Shown piece by piece: positions 8,421-18,184 of a DNA stretch of 50,408 nucleotides. The number at the start of each line of letters is the position of its first letter. Within the stretch, counting starts at the first letter, position 1. The DNA is from a bacterium. GTDB lineage: Bacteria; Ratteibacteria; UBA8468; B48-G9; DTJG01. The position numbers and the translations under genes were made by a program. Below the pieces are notes generated by a model. It was given only the letters and a program-made list of their open reading frames with translations, did not search any database and was not told where the DNA came from. Location of the stretch: contig DAONMJ010000002.1 of NCBI GenBank assembly GCA_035392545.1, positions 1 to 50,408 of the forward strand, in the 5' to 3' direction.

Positions 8421-10342
8421 TGAGGGTTTATCAATTTGCAAAGCAGTTGAAAATAACGGCAAAAGAATTGATTGAAATTTGTGAAAATGCCGGGATCAAG
8501 GGCAAAACCTATGTGAGTGGCTTGAAAGATCAGGAAATGGCAGTTATCAAAGAATATATGAAGAAGAGTAAACTGGCTGGAAAACCCATTGTTTCAACCG
8601 GCACAGAAACTGTTGGAGAAATTGCTTCGAAATTAGGTATTTCAGCAGCAGAAATTATCAAAAATCTTTCGGACATTGGTATCAGCGCGGCAATTAACGA
8701 TAGATTGGGACCGGAAAACATACAAAAACTGTGCGATATTATCGGTGTCTCCGTGCAGTTTAAGAAAACACGAGAAAGCTACATTCTGGGTACTGCCGTA
8801 GAAACCGATAACGACCTTGTTCCACGAGCCCCTGTGGTGACAGTAATGGGACATGTTGATCATGGAAAAACAACGATACTTGATTACATTCGTAAATCAA
8901 ATGTTGCTGCGAAAGAATTCGGTCAAATTACTCAGAGGATTGGTGCTTACAAGGTGAATCTGAAAGAAGGTTCCATTGTTTTTATAGATACTCCCGGACA
9001 TGAAATTTTCACGGCAATGAGATCCCGTGGAGCACAGATTACAGATATTGTGGTGCTTGTTGTTGCTGCTGATGAGGGTGTGAAATTGCAGACAGTGGAA
9101 GCGATAAATCATTGTAAGGCAGCAGGAGTACCTGTGATTGTTGCTATCAATAAGATTGACAGGCCAAATGCAAATCCTGATATAGTGAAGAAAAAACTGA
9201 GTGAGTATGGGCTTGTGCCTGAGGAATGGGGAGGACAGACGGTTTTTCTTAATGTTTCTGGCGTGACAGGAGCCAACATTAAGGAATTGCTTGAAATTAT
9301 TCTTCTTATGGGTGAAATGATGGAATTGAAGGCAAATCCTGAAAGACCTGGTGAGGGTGTTGTTCTTGAAGCGTATCTTCACAAACAAAAAGGACCTGTT
9401 ATTGACCTGCTTGTTCAAAATGGGTCAGTGTGTACAGGGGAGTTTTTTGTCTGCGGTGAATCCTGGGGCAAGGTTAGAGCAATGTTTGACGAAAATGGAA
9501 AAAGAATTGAAAAAGCAGGACCATCAACTCCTGTGGAACTTCTTGGCGCAAGTTCCACTCCAGTTCCAGGAGATCTTTTCAAGGTTGTTGATTCTGAGGC
9601 AGATGCACGCAGAATTGCTGAAGAAACAAAACAGGCAAACAAATCCACAGGGGAAAAGGTGCAAAAAGTTCTTACACTTGAAGACCTTCAGAAGCAGATT
9701 ATTCAGGGGACACTTAAGGAATTAAAGATTATTCTTAAAACAGATTCAATTGGTTCTCAGGAAGCGATAAAATCATCTCTTGAAAAACTCAGTCAGTCAT
9801 CCGTGGAAAAACAGGGTCCATCTGTTAACCTTTTGCATTGTGGTCTTGGTTCAATCAGTGAATCGGACATTCTTCTTGCAGTATGTTCAAAGGCAATTAT
9901 ATTTGGTTATAACATTGGTATTGATTCAAAAGCTGACAACCTTTCCAAACAGCATGGAATAGAAATTAAAATTTATAGACTTGTATATGACCTGATAGAG
10001 GATGTCAAAAATACGCTTGAAGGTATGATGAAACCGCAGGAGGTTGAAGTAATGGTGGGACAGGCGCTTATAAAACAGGTTTTCAAAATCGGTAAAAATC
10101 AGGCAGCTGCTGGTTGTCTTGTGGTCGATGGTAAGGTTGTCAGGGACGCGAAGGTAAAAATCGTCAGGAACGGAAAATTTGTTTTTGAAGGATATCTTTC
10201 CAGTTTGAAAAGATTCAAGAATTCTGTAAAAGAAGTTGCGACCAATACTGAGTGTGGTATAGGAATTAATGGTTTCAGTGAATTTCAGGTGGGCGACATA
10301 ATTCAGGTTTATCAAAAAATGCCTGAAGGAGCAAAAGTGTGA
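8420..10342 (+). CDS. infB: Translation initiation factor IF-2
   Basis: 640 aa. Two IF2_N boxes. G domain GHVDHGKTT / DTPGH / NKID. C-terminal IF2 domains. 1-nt overlap (TGATG) with nusA. Confidence 0.95.
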   Translation: MRVYQFAKQLKITAKELIEICENAGIKGKTYVSGLKDQEMAVIKEYMKKSKLAGKPIVSTGTETVGEIASKLGISAAEIIKNLSDIGISAAINDRLGPENIQKLCDIIGVSVQFKKTRESYILGTAVETDNDLVPRAPVVTVMGHVDHGKTTILDYIRKSNVAAKEFGQITQRIGAYKVNLKEGSIVFIDTPGHEIFTAMRSRGAQITDIVVLVVAADEGVKLQTVEAINHCKAAGVPVIVAINKIDRPNANPDIVKKKLSEYGLVPEEWGGQTVFLNVSGVTGANIKELLEIILLMGEMMELKANPERPGEGVVLEAYLHKQKGPVIDLLVQNGSVCTGEFFVCGESWGKVRAMFDENGKRIEKAGPSTPVELLGASSTPVPGDLFKVVDSEADARRIAEETKQANKSTGEKVQKVLTLEDLQKQIIQGTLKELKIILKTDSIGSQEAIKSSLEKLSQSSVEKQGPSVNLLHCGLGSISESDILLAVCSKAIIFGYNIGIDSKADNLSKQHGIEIKIYRLVYDLIEDVKNTLEGMMKPQEVEVMVGQALIKQVFKIGKNQAAAGCLVVDGKVVRDAKVKIVRNGKFVFEGYLSSLKRFKNSVKEVATNTECGIGINGFSEFQVGDIIQVYQKMPEGAKV

Positions 10343-10686
10343 ATCAGGATTGTGTATTCTGCAGAATATCCGAAGGTAAAAATCCTGCAAGATTAGTATA
10401 TGAAAGTGAAGATATTATTGCGTTTCATGATATTAATCCTCAGGCACCCGTGCATTTACTGATTATTCCTCGCAGGCATTTTACAAATTTGCTGAATGTC
10501 AACGAACAAGATTCCACAATTCTGGCAAAGATGCTCTTTGTTGCGACAGAAATTGCAAAACAAACGAAAATAGCAGAGACAGGTTTTAGAATTGTGATAA
10601 ATACAAACAGAAATGCCGGTCAGAGTGTTGACCATCTTCATATTCATGTCCTTGGTGGTCGAATAATGGAATGGCCACCAGGTTGA
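10339..10686 (+). CDS. HIT-family (HINT-like) nucleotide hydrolase
   Basis: 115 aa. Histidine triad HLHIHVLGG and N-terminal CVFCRI. GTGA overlap with the infB stop. Confidence 0.9.
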   Translation: MNQDCVFCRISEGKNPARLVYESEDIIAFHDINPQAPVHLLIIPRRHFTNLLNVNEQDSTILAKMLFVATEIAKQTKIAETGFRIVINTNRNAGQSVDHLHIHVLGGRIMEWPPG

Positions 10687-10698
10687 TACCAGCCAGTT

Positions 10699-11544
10699 AT
10701 GAATATTGTACGTATCAGAGATTGCGTTGTCGGGGGTTCTAAACTATGTATCATCGCCGGGCCATGTGTGCTGGAAAATGAAACTCTTGTATTGAAGGTT
10801 GCAGAATCCATGCACTCTCTGACACAGAAATTCAACATGTCTTATATTTTCAAAGGGTCCTTTGATAAAGCGAATCGGTCTTCAATCCATTCTTACAGGG
10901 GACCTGGTCTTGAACAAGGACTTCGGATACTTGAATCTATAAAAAACACAATTGGTGTTCCTGTTCTTACTGATGTTCACTGCGTTACCCAGGTAAAACC
11001 GGTTTCAGAAGTTGTTGATGTTATTCAAATTCCTGCTTTTTTATGCAGGCAGACAGATCTTCTTGTTAGTGCGGCAAAATCAGGGAAACCTGTTAATGTG
11101 AAAAAGGGTCAGTTTATGTCGCCCTGGGAAACTGGTAACATCGTAGAAAAACTTACATCTTCCGGTTGTAAAAAAATTCTTATTACGGAACGAGGCACCA
11201 GTTTTGGGTATAATAATCTGGTGGTGGACTTTCGTTCGTTGCCTGTAATGAGAAATTATGGATGGCCTGTTGTTTTTGACGGTACACACAGTGTTCAACA
11301 GCCAGGAGCCATGGGCAAATCATCAGGTGGTCAGAAGGAATTTGTTCCATATCTGTGCAGGGCTGCTGTTGCGGTTGGATGTGATGCTATTTTTCTTGAG
11401 GTTCATCCTGAACCAGCCAAAGCGCTGTCAGATGGTCCTAATATGGTGGCTCTTTCTTCAATGAAATATCTGCTGGATGAACTGGGAAAAATCTGGAATA
11501 CTGTGATAAAAATCAGGGAAAAATATGAAGACAAACTTCAGTGA
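10699..11544 (+). CDS. kdsA: 2-dehydro-3-deoxyphosphooctonate (KDO-8-P) aldolase
   Basis: 281 aa. Blocks IAGPCVLE, FKGSFDKANRSS, IQIPAFLCRQTDL and FDGTHSVQQPG are typical KdsA. Confidence 0.92.
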   Translation: MNIVRIRDCVVGGSKLCIIAGPCVLENETLVLKVAESMHSLTQKFNMSYIFKGSFDKANRSSIHSYRGPGLEQGLRILESIKNTIGVPVLTDVHCVTQVKPVSEVVDVIQIPAFLCRQTDLLVSAAKSGKPVNVKKGQFMSPWETGNIVEKLTSSGCKKILITERGTSFGYNNLVVDFRSLPVMRNYGWPVVFDGTHSVQQPGAMGKSSGGQKEFVPYLCRAAVAVGCDAIFLEVHPEPAKALSDGPNMVALSSMKYLLDELGKIWNTVIKIREKYEDKLQ

Positions 11545-12520
11545 AAGAAAAATTTTGACAGCGGCAAAAAGGGTAATAGATATTGAGGTTTCCAATCTTC
11601 TCAGAGCAAAGAAGCATCTCGGTTCAGAATTTGTGAAAGCCATCAGGATGCTTGCTTCGTGCAAAGGAAAGGTTATTGTGACAGGCATTGGGAAAAGCGG
11701 GATCATTGGCAGGAAAATTTCCGCAACGCTGGCAAGTACAGGCACACCATCAACGTTTCTGCATCCTGGAGAGGCGATTCATGGGGACCTTGGAATGGTT
11801 TGTGGGTCCGATGTAGTTGTTGCCATTTCAAATAGTGGTGAGACGGATGAAATTTTGAAAATAGTGCCTTCGTTAAAAAAAATTGGCACTCCCATTATCA
11901 GTATTACTTCTGATGCCAGAAGTTCTCTTGGTTTGCAGAGTACCATTGTTTTGAATACTGGAACCATTCAGGAGGCAGATCCGTTTTCTCTTATACCGAG
12001 TTCCAGCGCGACCACTGCACTTGTTCTTGGAGATGCCATGGCAATAACTCTGCTGTCAGTCAAAGGATTTCAGAGACAGGACTATGCCTTTTATCACCCC
12101 GGAGGCAATCTTGGTCGGAGGTTGATGTTGAAGGTGAAGGATGTGATGCAAACAGGAAAGAAAATTCCTGTTGTAGATTCAGAAAGGACAATGGAAGATG
12201 CAATAATAGAAATTAACAGAAAAAACCTTGGTTTCACACTTGTCACTGATAGAAAATCAAGGGTTATTGGCATTATTACCGATGGAGATCTCAGAAGATT
12301 GCTGGCAAAAAAGAAGAATGTTTTCAGTTGCAAGGTATTGGAATGCATGACTCCAAATCCCCTGGGTATTGAAGAGGAAAAACTTGCGGTTCAGGCGCTT
12401 GCCATTATGGAAGAGAAAGAAATCACCTGTCTTGTGATACGGGATAAAATTGGTAAAGCGAAGGGGATTGTACATCTTCATGATCTTTTGGGGAAGAGGC
12501 ATTTCAGTCAGGAGTTTTAA
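11525..12520 (+). CDS. kdsD: Arabinose-5-phosphate isomerase (SIS + tandem CBS)
   Basis: 331 aa. SIS domain GIGKSG...HPGEAIHGDLGM...SNSGET followed by two CBS repeats. Confidence 0.9.
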   Translation: MKTNFSERKILTAAKRVIDIEVSNLLRAKKHLGSEFVKAIRMLASCKGKVIVTGIGKSGIIGRKISATLASTGTPSTFLHPGEAIHGDLGMVCGSDVVVAISNSGETDEILKIVPSLKKIGTPIISITSDARSSLGLQSTIVLNTGTIQEADPFSLIPSSSATTALVLGDAMAITLLSVKGFQRQDYAFYHPGGNLGRRLMLKVKDVMQTGKKIPVVDSERTMEDAIIEINRKNLGFTLVTDRKSRVIGIITDGDLRRLLAKKKNVFSCKVLECMTPNPLGIEEEKLAVQALAIMEEKEITCLVIRDKIGKAKGIVHLHDLLGKRHFSQEF

Positions 12521-12521
12521 T

Positions 12522-13034
12522 ATGGATGTTTGCAGAATTAAACTTGTTGCTACGGATGTTGACGGAGTGTTAACAAGTGGGGGGATATTTTATAGCGGTG
12601 TTGCGAATCAGGGGAAATTTTTTTCAGTCAGAGATGGGTTTGCTTTTAAACTATTGAAACTGGCAGGGCTCAGAAGTGTAATTATTTCAGGAAAGAAAAC
12701 GGGTATTCTAAAAAACAGATTTTCTGATGTGCCGGTAGATTCTATCTATGAAAATGTTGACAATAAAATGGCGGTGATGAGAAAAATATGTGAGAAAGAA
12801 TGTTTGGCGATGGAAGAGGTCTGTTATATTGGCGATGATATACTTGATATTGATGTGTTGAGAAACGTTGGTTTTTCCGTTGCTCCACGTGATGCAGACG
12901 AGGAAGTGAAAAATGTTGTAATGTATGTGACATCCGTAAATGCCGGTAAAGGGGTTTTTAGAGAATGCGTTGAAGTGATATTGAAAGGACAGGGAAAATG
13001 GCAAAAAGTGCTGGAAAAATCGTTGGAATTTTAG
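12522..13034 (+). CDS. kdsC: KDO-8-phosphate phosphatase (HAD superfamily)
   Basis: LVATDVDGVLTSGGIFY and YIGDDILD motifs. I chose ATG 12522, just after the kdsD stop, rather than the in-frame upstream start at 12450. Confidence 0.85.
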   Translation: MDVCRIKLVATDVDGVLTSGGIFYSGVANQGKFFSVRDGFAFKLLKLAGLRSVIISGKKTGILKNRFSDVPVDSIYENVDNKMAVMRKICEKECLAMEEVCYIGDDILDIDVLRNVGFSVAPRDADEEVKNVVMYVTSVNAGKGVFRECVEVILKGQGKWQKVLEKSLEF

Positions 13035-13570
13035 CCGTCGTTTTACTGATGATTTCAGGGTGCACTCGCAAGAAACCAACTCTGGAAACTCAGGAAACGG
13101 GACAAATTTTGAAGAATTTCAAACTGGAATTTTTCGACAGTTCGTTCAAAATTACCCTGGAAGGACTTGCAGCGGAAAAAAAGCAGGACTCGCATACAGC
13201 AGTTTCACAACCTGCGATTGAAATCAAGAGTAAAAATTTTATTCTTGAGATTAGGACTGGTTCCAAAGGAACAGGAGAATTGTTTCTTGATCCATCAACC
13301 CAGGCTGTTATGAAAATCGTGATACAGAACAATGTTATGATAACCCAGAAAAATCCAGAAAACTCTCAAACCAATTTTTCAGCAACGTGTGAAAAACTGA
13401 CATATATTGAAAAGGATGATACCGTAGTTATGGAAGGATCTCCACAGGTAATACAAGGTTCAAACCTTTACAGTGCCGACCGCATCACATACACTTTCAA
13501 AGAAAACAAACTCAGGTTTGAAGGAAATGTCCAGGTTCGTTTCAAAAAAGAAACTGCTGGCAGCAATTAG
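12998..13570 (+). CDS. Lipoprotein with LptC/LptA (OstA-like) character
   Basis: 190 aa. Lipobox LMISGC. The C-terminal part (ATCEKLTYIEKDDTVVMEGSPQVIQGSNLYSADRITYTFKENKLRFEGNVQVRF) resembles the beta-jellyroll repeats of LptA/LptC. Its position right after kdsC matches lptC in other diderms. Confidence 0.45.
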   Translation: MAKSAGKIVGILAVVLLMISGCTRKKPTLETQETGQILKNFKLEFFDSSFKITLEGLAAEKKQDSHTAVSQPAIEIKSKNFILEIRTGSKGTGELFLDPSTQAVMKIVIQNNVMITQKNPENSQTNFSATCEKLTYIEKDDTVVMEGSPQVIQGSNLYSADRITYTFKENKLRFEGNVQVRFKKETAGSN

Positions 13571-14555
13571 CATCTTTTTGTTAAATCTGACATTATGCTG
13601 CGCTGAAACTGTCAGAATTTGTATCTGGGAAGGTAGTCAGAGACCAGTTCTGTCATCTTTCAGGGGAAAATACAGGGGCCAGTTGTCCCTGGTCAAATGG
13701 AACAAAAAGTACCTTGTGATCAATACGATGGATGTTGAAGAATATTTGTTTGGTGTTGTCGGAAAAGAGATGGAAAAATCATGGCCATTTGAGGCATTAA
13801 AAGCCCAGGCAGTTTGTTCAAGAACCCTGATATATCACTTTAAAGACCTTGCGATGAAAAAAAACATTCCTTATGATGTAAGTGATACAATTCATCACCA
13901 GGTATATGGTGGTGTAATAAGTGAAAACGAAGCTATTGTCAGAGCCGTTGAAGAAACTTCCAGTCAGGTGCTTGTTGGACAGGGAGAAGAAAAAGGATAT
14001 AATATTATTCCGACTTTTTTTCATGCGTGCTGTGGGGGGCACACAACTTCCGCTGAGGATATCTGGGGAGGGAAGTACCTTTTGCTTAATGGTGTAGAAG
14101 ACCCATATTGTGAGGGTACTCCATTTTATGCGTGGAGCAAAACCTATACCAGGGATGATGTCAGTTCTATTGTTGGAACAGATGTTAACACAATCAATCT
14201 TGCTGGATTCGATAGCAGCGGGCGTATTAAACGAATTGAATTTTCAGGAAAATTCGGGAAAAAAGTAATTAGCGCAGAAAATTTTAGAATGTTAACAATA
14301 AACAGTAATACAACATTTAAATCCGCAAGAACTTTGCCAAGTACAATGTTTACTGTTTCAAAAAATGGTAATAATTTTGTTTTTAGTGGTAAAGGATATG
14401 GGCACGGCGTTGGAATGTGTCAGTGGGGTGCGAGAAGAATGGCAGAAGATGGTAAGAATTACGTAGAAATTCTCAGACACTATTTCCCTGGGCTTGTACT
14501 TGTTTCTTTAAACCAGACAAATGTGAGCAGTAGTGTGGTTATTGAAAAACCATAA
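13527..14555 (+). CDS. SpoIID/LytB-domain peptidoglycan-remodelling protein
   Basis: Blocks EEYLFGVVGKEM, EALKAQAVCSRT, FHACCGGHT and GYGHGVGMCQWGA. Start set at ATG 13527 (MSRFVSKKKLLAAISIFLL, a signal-peptide-like N terminus); the track ORF opens at 13473. Confidence 0.85.
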   Translation: MSRFVSKKKLLAAISIFLLNLTLCCAETVRICIWEGSQRPVLSSFRGKYRGQLSLVKWNKKYLVINTMDVEEYLFGVVGKEMEKSWPFEALKAQAVCSRTLIYHFKDLAMKKNIPYDVSDTIHHQVYGGVISENEAIVRAVEETSSQVLVGQGEEKGYNIIPTFFHACCGGHTTSAEDIWGGKYLLLNGVEDPYCEGTPFYAWSKTYTRDDVSSIVGTDVNTINLAGFDSSGRIKRIEFSGKFGKKVISAENFRMLTINSNTTFKSARTLPSTMFTVSKNGNNFVFSGKGYGHGVGMCQWGARRMAEDGKNYVEILRHYFPGLVLVSLNQTNVSSSVVIEKP

Positions 14556-14569
14556 TACAGGAGGTTGAT

Positions 14570-14929
14570 ATGATTTTTCATCTGCAGCCAGTACACGTAC
14601 ATCTGGATTCTGGTTTTGAACAACTGGCAGAAGAAAAGTTTTCCCGTCTTGAACGATTTGTCTCTGGAGAACCAGAGGTACATCTCATTGTTAAAAAGGA
14701 AAAATTTGAATTTATTTTTGAGGCGAAGATACGGTATCGCAGTCGTGTGATATTTATGAAAACCAGTTCGAACAATTTGAATGCTGGACTGGATGACCTT
14801 ATAAACAAACTGAAAAATCACCTGAGCAAATTGCACGATAAGAAACATAATAAGAAAAACAGAAAATCTGGAGAAATTGAGTTTTTCAGTTCTACAGTTA
14901 ATAATGAAACAGAGGAGGAACAAACATGA
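14570..14929 (+). CDS. hpf: Ribosome hibernation promoting factor / RaiA family
   Basis: 119 aa. VHLDSGFEQLAEEKFSRLERF is typical of the sigma54-modulation/HPF family. AGGAGG Shine-Dalgarno upstream. Confidence 0.85.
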   Translation: MIFHLQPVHVHLDSGFEQLAEEKFSRLERFVSGEPEVHLIVKKEKFEFIFEAKIRYRSRVIFMKTSSNNLNAGLDDLINKLKNHLSKLHDKKHNKKNRKSGEIEFFSSTVNNETEEEQT

Positions 14930-15399
14930 AAATTAGTGAATTTATCAGTGAAAAAGAAATTTTGATTGGATTGAAGGCGACCCAGAAGCAGGAAGCACTC
15001 GATGAATTGTTGCAGGTTCTGGAAAACAATGGGCTATTGCAGGAAAGGAAGCAGGTTCTGGAAGCTCTTATGGAACGGGAAAAGTTTGGTTCAACTGGTA
15101 TCGGACAGGGGATCGCGGTACCTCACGCAAAAACAGACAAGGTAAATAATCTTGTTTGCGCTCTGGGTATTTCAGATAAAGGTGTTGATTTTGATTCCCT
15201 TGATGGCGAATCAGTTTATATCATATTTCTTGTTCTCGCTCCATCAGGGGCAACAGGAATACATCTTAAGGCATTGGCCAAGATAGCCAGACTTTTGAAG
15301 GACAAAGTATTCCGGAATTATTTAAGGATGAGCAAAACTTCTCAGGAAGCGTATCAGATCATAAAAGACGATGAAGAACGACTGAACAGTACTGGATGA
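14926..15399 (+). CDS. ptsN: PTS EIIA-Ntr type regulatory protein
   Basis: 157 aa. PTS_EIIA_2 fold with the phosphorylatable His in GIAVPHAK. ATGA overlap with hpf. Confidence 0.85.
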   Translation: MKISEFISEKEILIGLKATQKQEALDELLQVLENNGLLQERKQVLEALMEREKFGSTGIGQGIAVPHAKTDKVNNLVCALGISDKGVDFDSLDGESVYIIFLVLAPSGATGIHLKALAKIARLLKDKVFRNYLRMSKTSQEAYQIIKDDEERLNSTG

Positions 15400-15403
15400 A
15401 CAG

Positions 15404-17125
15404 ATGAACCGTTTTGATGGGATTCCTGTATCCGGTGGTATTGCCATAGGGAACCTGAAAGTTATCAAGAATATTTTTCTGCTCCCGCCTGAGAAAAGAA
15501 TAACAGAAAAACAGATTGATTCAGAAATTGAAAAGTTTGAGGAAGCTCTGAAAAATGCAGAAAAAGATATTCTGGATACGCAGAAGAAAGTTTCTTCTGT
15601 TCTCGGGAAAAAATACGCTGAAATTTTCGCAATTCATACAATGTTTCTGCAGGACAAATTTCTAAGAGAACAAACGATTCGTAACATAAGAACAGACCAG
15701 GTTGAGGCAATTCATGCTTTTCATAAAACAATCGAGAATTTGCAGGCGCTTTTTGGAAAAACAGATGGGGATCTCGTAAAAGATAGAAGAAGGGATCTTC
15801 TTGATGTTGCTGAAAGGATTTTTTCTTATTTAAGAAATGAGAAAAAAGAAAAGGTTTTTGATAAACCAGTCATTGTTGTTGCGCATGATCTTTCGCCTTC
15901 ACAGACAGTTTCTTTTGAAAAAAAATATGTGCTGGGGTTTGCAACAGAAATTGGTAGTGAAACATCTCATACGGCAATAATGGCAAAGGCGCTTGAAATT
16001 CCAGCTGTTGTTGGACTTGGAGATATTTTACAAAACATCATTGAAGACCAGGCCGCAATTCTTGATGGGACAGATGGACGGTTAATTATAGAACCTTCAT
16101 CGATGGTTCTTTCAGAGTACAGAAAAAGAAGGGCTCAATTTATCAAACAACGTAAAACCTTTTATCTTACAAGAAAGCTTGAAGCAAAGACTGAAGACAG
16201 AGTGAAAATCAATCTGCTGGCCAATATTTCTCTTCCAGAGGAAGCGACAACAGCTCTGAAATACGGGGCTGAAGGCATAGGACTTTTCCGCACAGAATTT
16301 TTGTTTCTTAACAGGAACGATCTTCCTTCTGAAGACGAGCAATACGAATCTTACAAAAAGGTTGCTTCAATTATGGAAGGCAGGCAGGTTATTATTAGAA
16401 CGCTTGATATTGGTGGTGATAAGTTTCTGTCTTCATTCCAGTCCTCGATGGATCTCAATCCTTTTCTTGGCTGGCGCGCTATCAGATTTTGCCTCAGCCG
16501 GAAAGACATTTTCAAGACCCAGTTAAAGGCAATATTGAGGGCAGGGTATCATGGAAATTTTAAGATCATGATTCCTATGGTGTCTACTTTTGAAGAAATA
16601 AAAAAAACCCGGCAGATTATTGCTGAATCAATACGTGAGTTGAAAAAAGAAAAAAAACAATTCAAAATTCTGCCGGTTGGAATTATGATTGAAATTCCAT
16701 CTGCAGCATTACAGGCGGAATCTTTTGCAAAGGAGTCGGATTTCTTCAGCCTCGGCACAAACGACCTTATTCAATACACGATTGCTGTGGACAGGATCAA
16801 TGAAAAGATTTCTTATCTCTACCAACCCTGTAATCCAGCTGTGCTGAAACTTGTTGCGATGACTGTTGATGCGGCAAGAAAGGCGAATATTGAAGTAAGT
16901 GTGTGTGGTGAAACTGCATCCCTGCCAGAGACCGCAGTATTTTTTATAGGAATTGGAATAAAAAATCTCAGTATGGCGCCTGCTGCGATTCCTCAGATAA
17001 AACAGTTAATACGCAGGATTTCGTACGAAAGGGCAAAAGAATTGTCTGAAAAAGTTTTCATTTTTTCCACGCATAAAGAGATATTTGAGTTTTTGAAGAA
17101 AAACATAGAAAAGGACCTGCTATGA
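15404..17125 (+). CDS. ptsI: Phosphoenolpyruvate-protein phosphotransferase (PTS enzyme I)
   Basis: 573 aa. Phosphohistidine region GSETSHTAIMAKALEIPAVVG, PEP-utilising TIM-barrel blocks GLFRTEFLF and GTNDLIQY. No N-terminal GAF domain, so it is EI rather than the longer PtsP form. Confidence 0.9.
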   Translation: MNRFDGIPVSGGIAIGNLKVIKNIFLLPPEKRITEKQIDSEIEKFEEALKNAEKDILDTQKKVSSVLGKKYAEIFAIHTMFLQDKFLREQTIRNIRTDQVEAIHAFHKTIENLQALFGKTDGDLVKDRRRDLLDVAERIFSYLRNEKKEKVFDKPVIVVAHDLSPSQTVSFEKKYVLGFATEIGSETSHTAIMAKALEIPAVVGLGDILQNIIEDQAAILDGTDGRLIIEPSSMVLSEYRKRRAQFIKQRKTFYLTRKLEAKTEDRVKINLLANISLPEEATTALKYGAEGIGLFRTEFLFLNRNDLPSEDEQYESYKKVASIMEGRQVIIRTLDIGGDKFLSSFQSSMDLNPFLGWRAIRFCLSRKDIFKTQLKAILRAGYHGNFKIMIPMVSTFEEIKKTRQIIAESIRELKKEKKQFKILPVGIMIEIPSAALQAESFAKESDFFSLGTNDLIQYTIAVDRINEKISYLYQPCNPAVLKLVAMTVDAARKANIEVSVCGETASLPETAVFFIGIGIKNLSMAPAAIPQIKQLIRRISYERAKELSEKVFIFSTHKEIFEFLKKNIEKDLL

Positions 17126-18168
17126 TACTGGACAATAGAAGTATGATAAAAAAAATTGATAAAAGTGGAATGCTAAATCTTCTTGAGAAATTTGCTGTTC
17201 AATGCATGGATGCCGACAGTATTAAGATATCACCTGTTGTCGCGCAGGAATATGATTGTATTGTCTGGGCTGGTATGGGAGGTTCTGCCATAGCAGGGGA
17301 CATACTGAAACAGGTTGTTGAACGAAATTGTTCTATACCAATGTTTGTTCACAGGAATTATGGGCTGCCGAAGTTTGTTTCAAACAAATCTCTGGTTCTT
17401 GCAATTAGTTATTCCGGAGACACAGAAGAGACCCTTGATGCCTGTACCGAAGCTGTTAAGCGCAAAGCAACGGTCTGGACCCTTTCGAGTGGCGGAAAAC
17501 TTGAAAAATTTGCAAAGAACAACAAAATACCTCATGCAAAAATACCGGCTGGACAACCTCCCAGATGCAGTTTAGGGTATCTATTTTTCCCTGCGGCAAA
17601 CCTTTTCTTTATGCTTGGGTATATCAAGAAAATTGTGGTGGAAAAAATTGCAGAAATTGCTGATGCATGCGTGAAAAAATATGGTGTTGATGCTGTGGAT
17701 AACAATCTTGCGAAAGAATTTGCAAGAAAAATACATAATAAAAATGCTGTGATATATTCGGGGGATTTTCTTTTACCAGTGGCAATCAGGTGGAAGACAC
17801 AATTTGCAGAAAATAGCAAACATATGGTTTCAGTCAATGTGTTTCCTGAAATGAATCATAACGAGATCATGGCGTGGAATTTTCCCATCCAGTATGTAGA
17901 AAACAGCATTGTGCTCTTCCTGTACGATAGAAATGATCACCAGAGGACAAAACTGAGAATGGAGTTGACTGCTGATATACTCAAAAAAAAGTCTATCCTG
18001 GTTGAGAAACTTGAAAGCGATGAATCAGAACCAGTACAGAGGATGTTTTCACTTTTGCTTCTCGGGGACTGGGTCAGTTTTTATTCAGCATTATTGAATG
18101 GAGTAGACCCGACTGAAATCAAAGAAATATCGTTGTTAAAAAAAGAACTGACATCCACAAATCAATAA
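17122..18168 (+). CDS. Bifunctional phosphoglucose/phosphomannose isomerase family (SIS)
   Basis: 348 aa. [20 protein letters not shown] and FPEMNHNEI blocks are typical of the archaeal/bacterial PGI-PMI family. Confidence 0.75.
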   Translation: MILDNRSMIKKIDKSGMLNLLEKFAVQCMDADSIKISPVVAQEYDCIVWAGMGGSAIAGDILKQVVERNCSIPMFVHRNYGLPKFVSNKSLVLAISYSGDTEETLDACTEAVKRKATVWTLSSGGKLEKFAKNNKIPHAKIPAGQPPRCSLGYLFFPAANLFFMLGYIKKIVVEKIAEIADACVKKYGVDAVDNNLAKEFARKIHNKNAVIYSGDFLLPVAIRWKTQFAENSKHMVSVNVFPEMNHNEIMAWNFPIQYVENSIVLFLYDRNDHQRTKLRMELTADILKKKSILVEKLESDESEPVQRMFSLLLLGDWVSFYSALLNGVDPTEIKEISLLKKELTSTNQ

Positions 18169-18184
18169 TACAAGGGGTGGAGAA

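Noticed and set aside
7685-8434. 249-aa minus-strand ORF antisense to almost the whole 3' two-thirds of nusA
   Set aside because: It lies in the antisense frame whose third codon positions coincide with those of nusA, the classic shadow-ORF frame. The product is low-complexity and Ser/Leu-rich, with no recognisable motif, no Shine-Dalgarno and no promoter. nusA itself is unambiguous.
14480-14923. 147-aa minus-strand ORF covering hpf. Similar long antisense ORFs lie at 8897-9418 (infB), 18254-18784 (metK), 23373-23909 (guaB3-like/dnaE junction), 48546-49022 and 9926-10390.
   Set aside because: Each lies fully inside a confidently identified sense gene. Their compositions are odd (Phe/Ile/Asn/Cys-rich), and I could see no motifs or start signals. 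I treat them as shadow ORFs.
18169-18184. Expected SAM riboswitch upstream of metK, or other riboswitches ahead of ahcY and mtnA
   Set aside because: The gaps are only 16, 12 and 1 nt. They leave room for a Shine-Dalgarno but not for any riboswitch aptamer.
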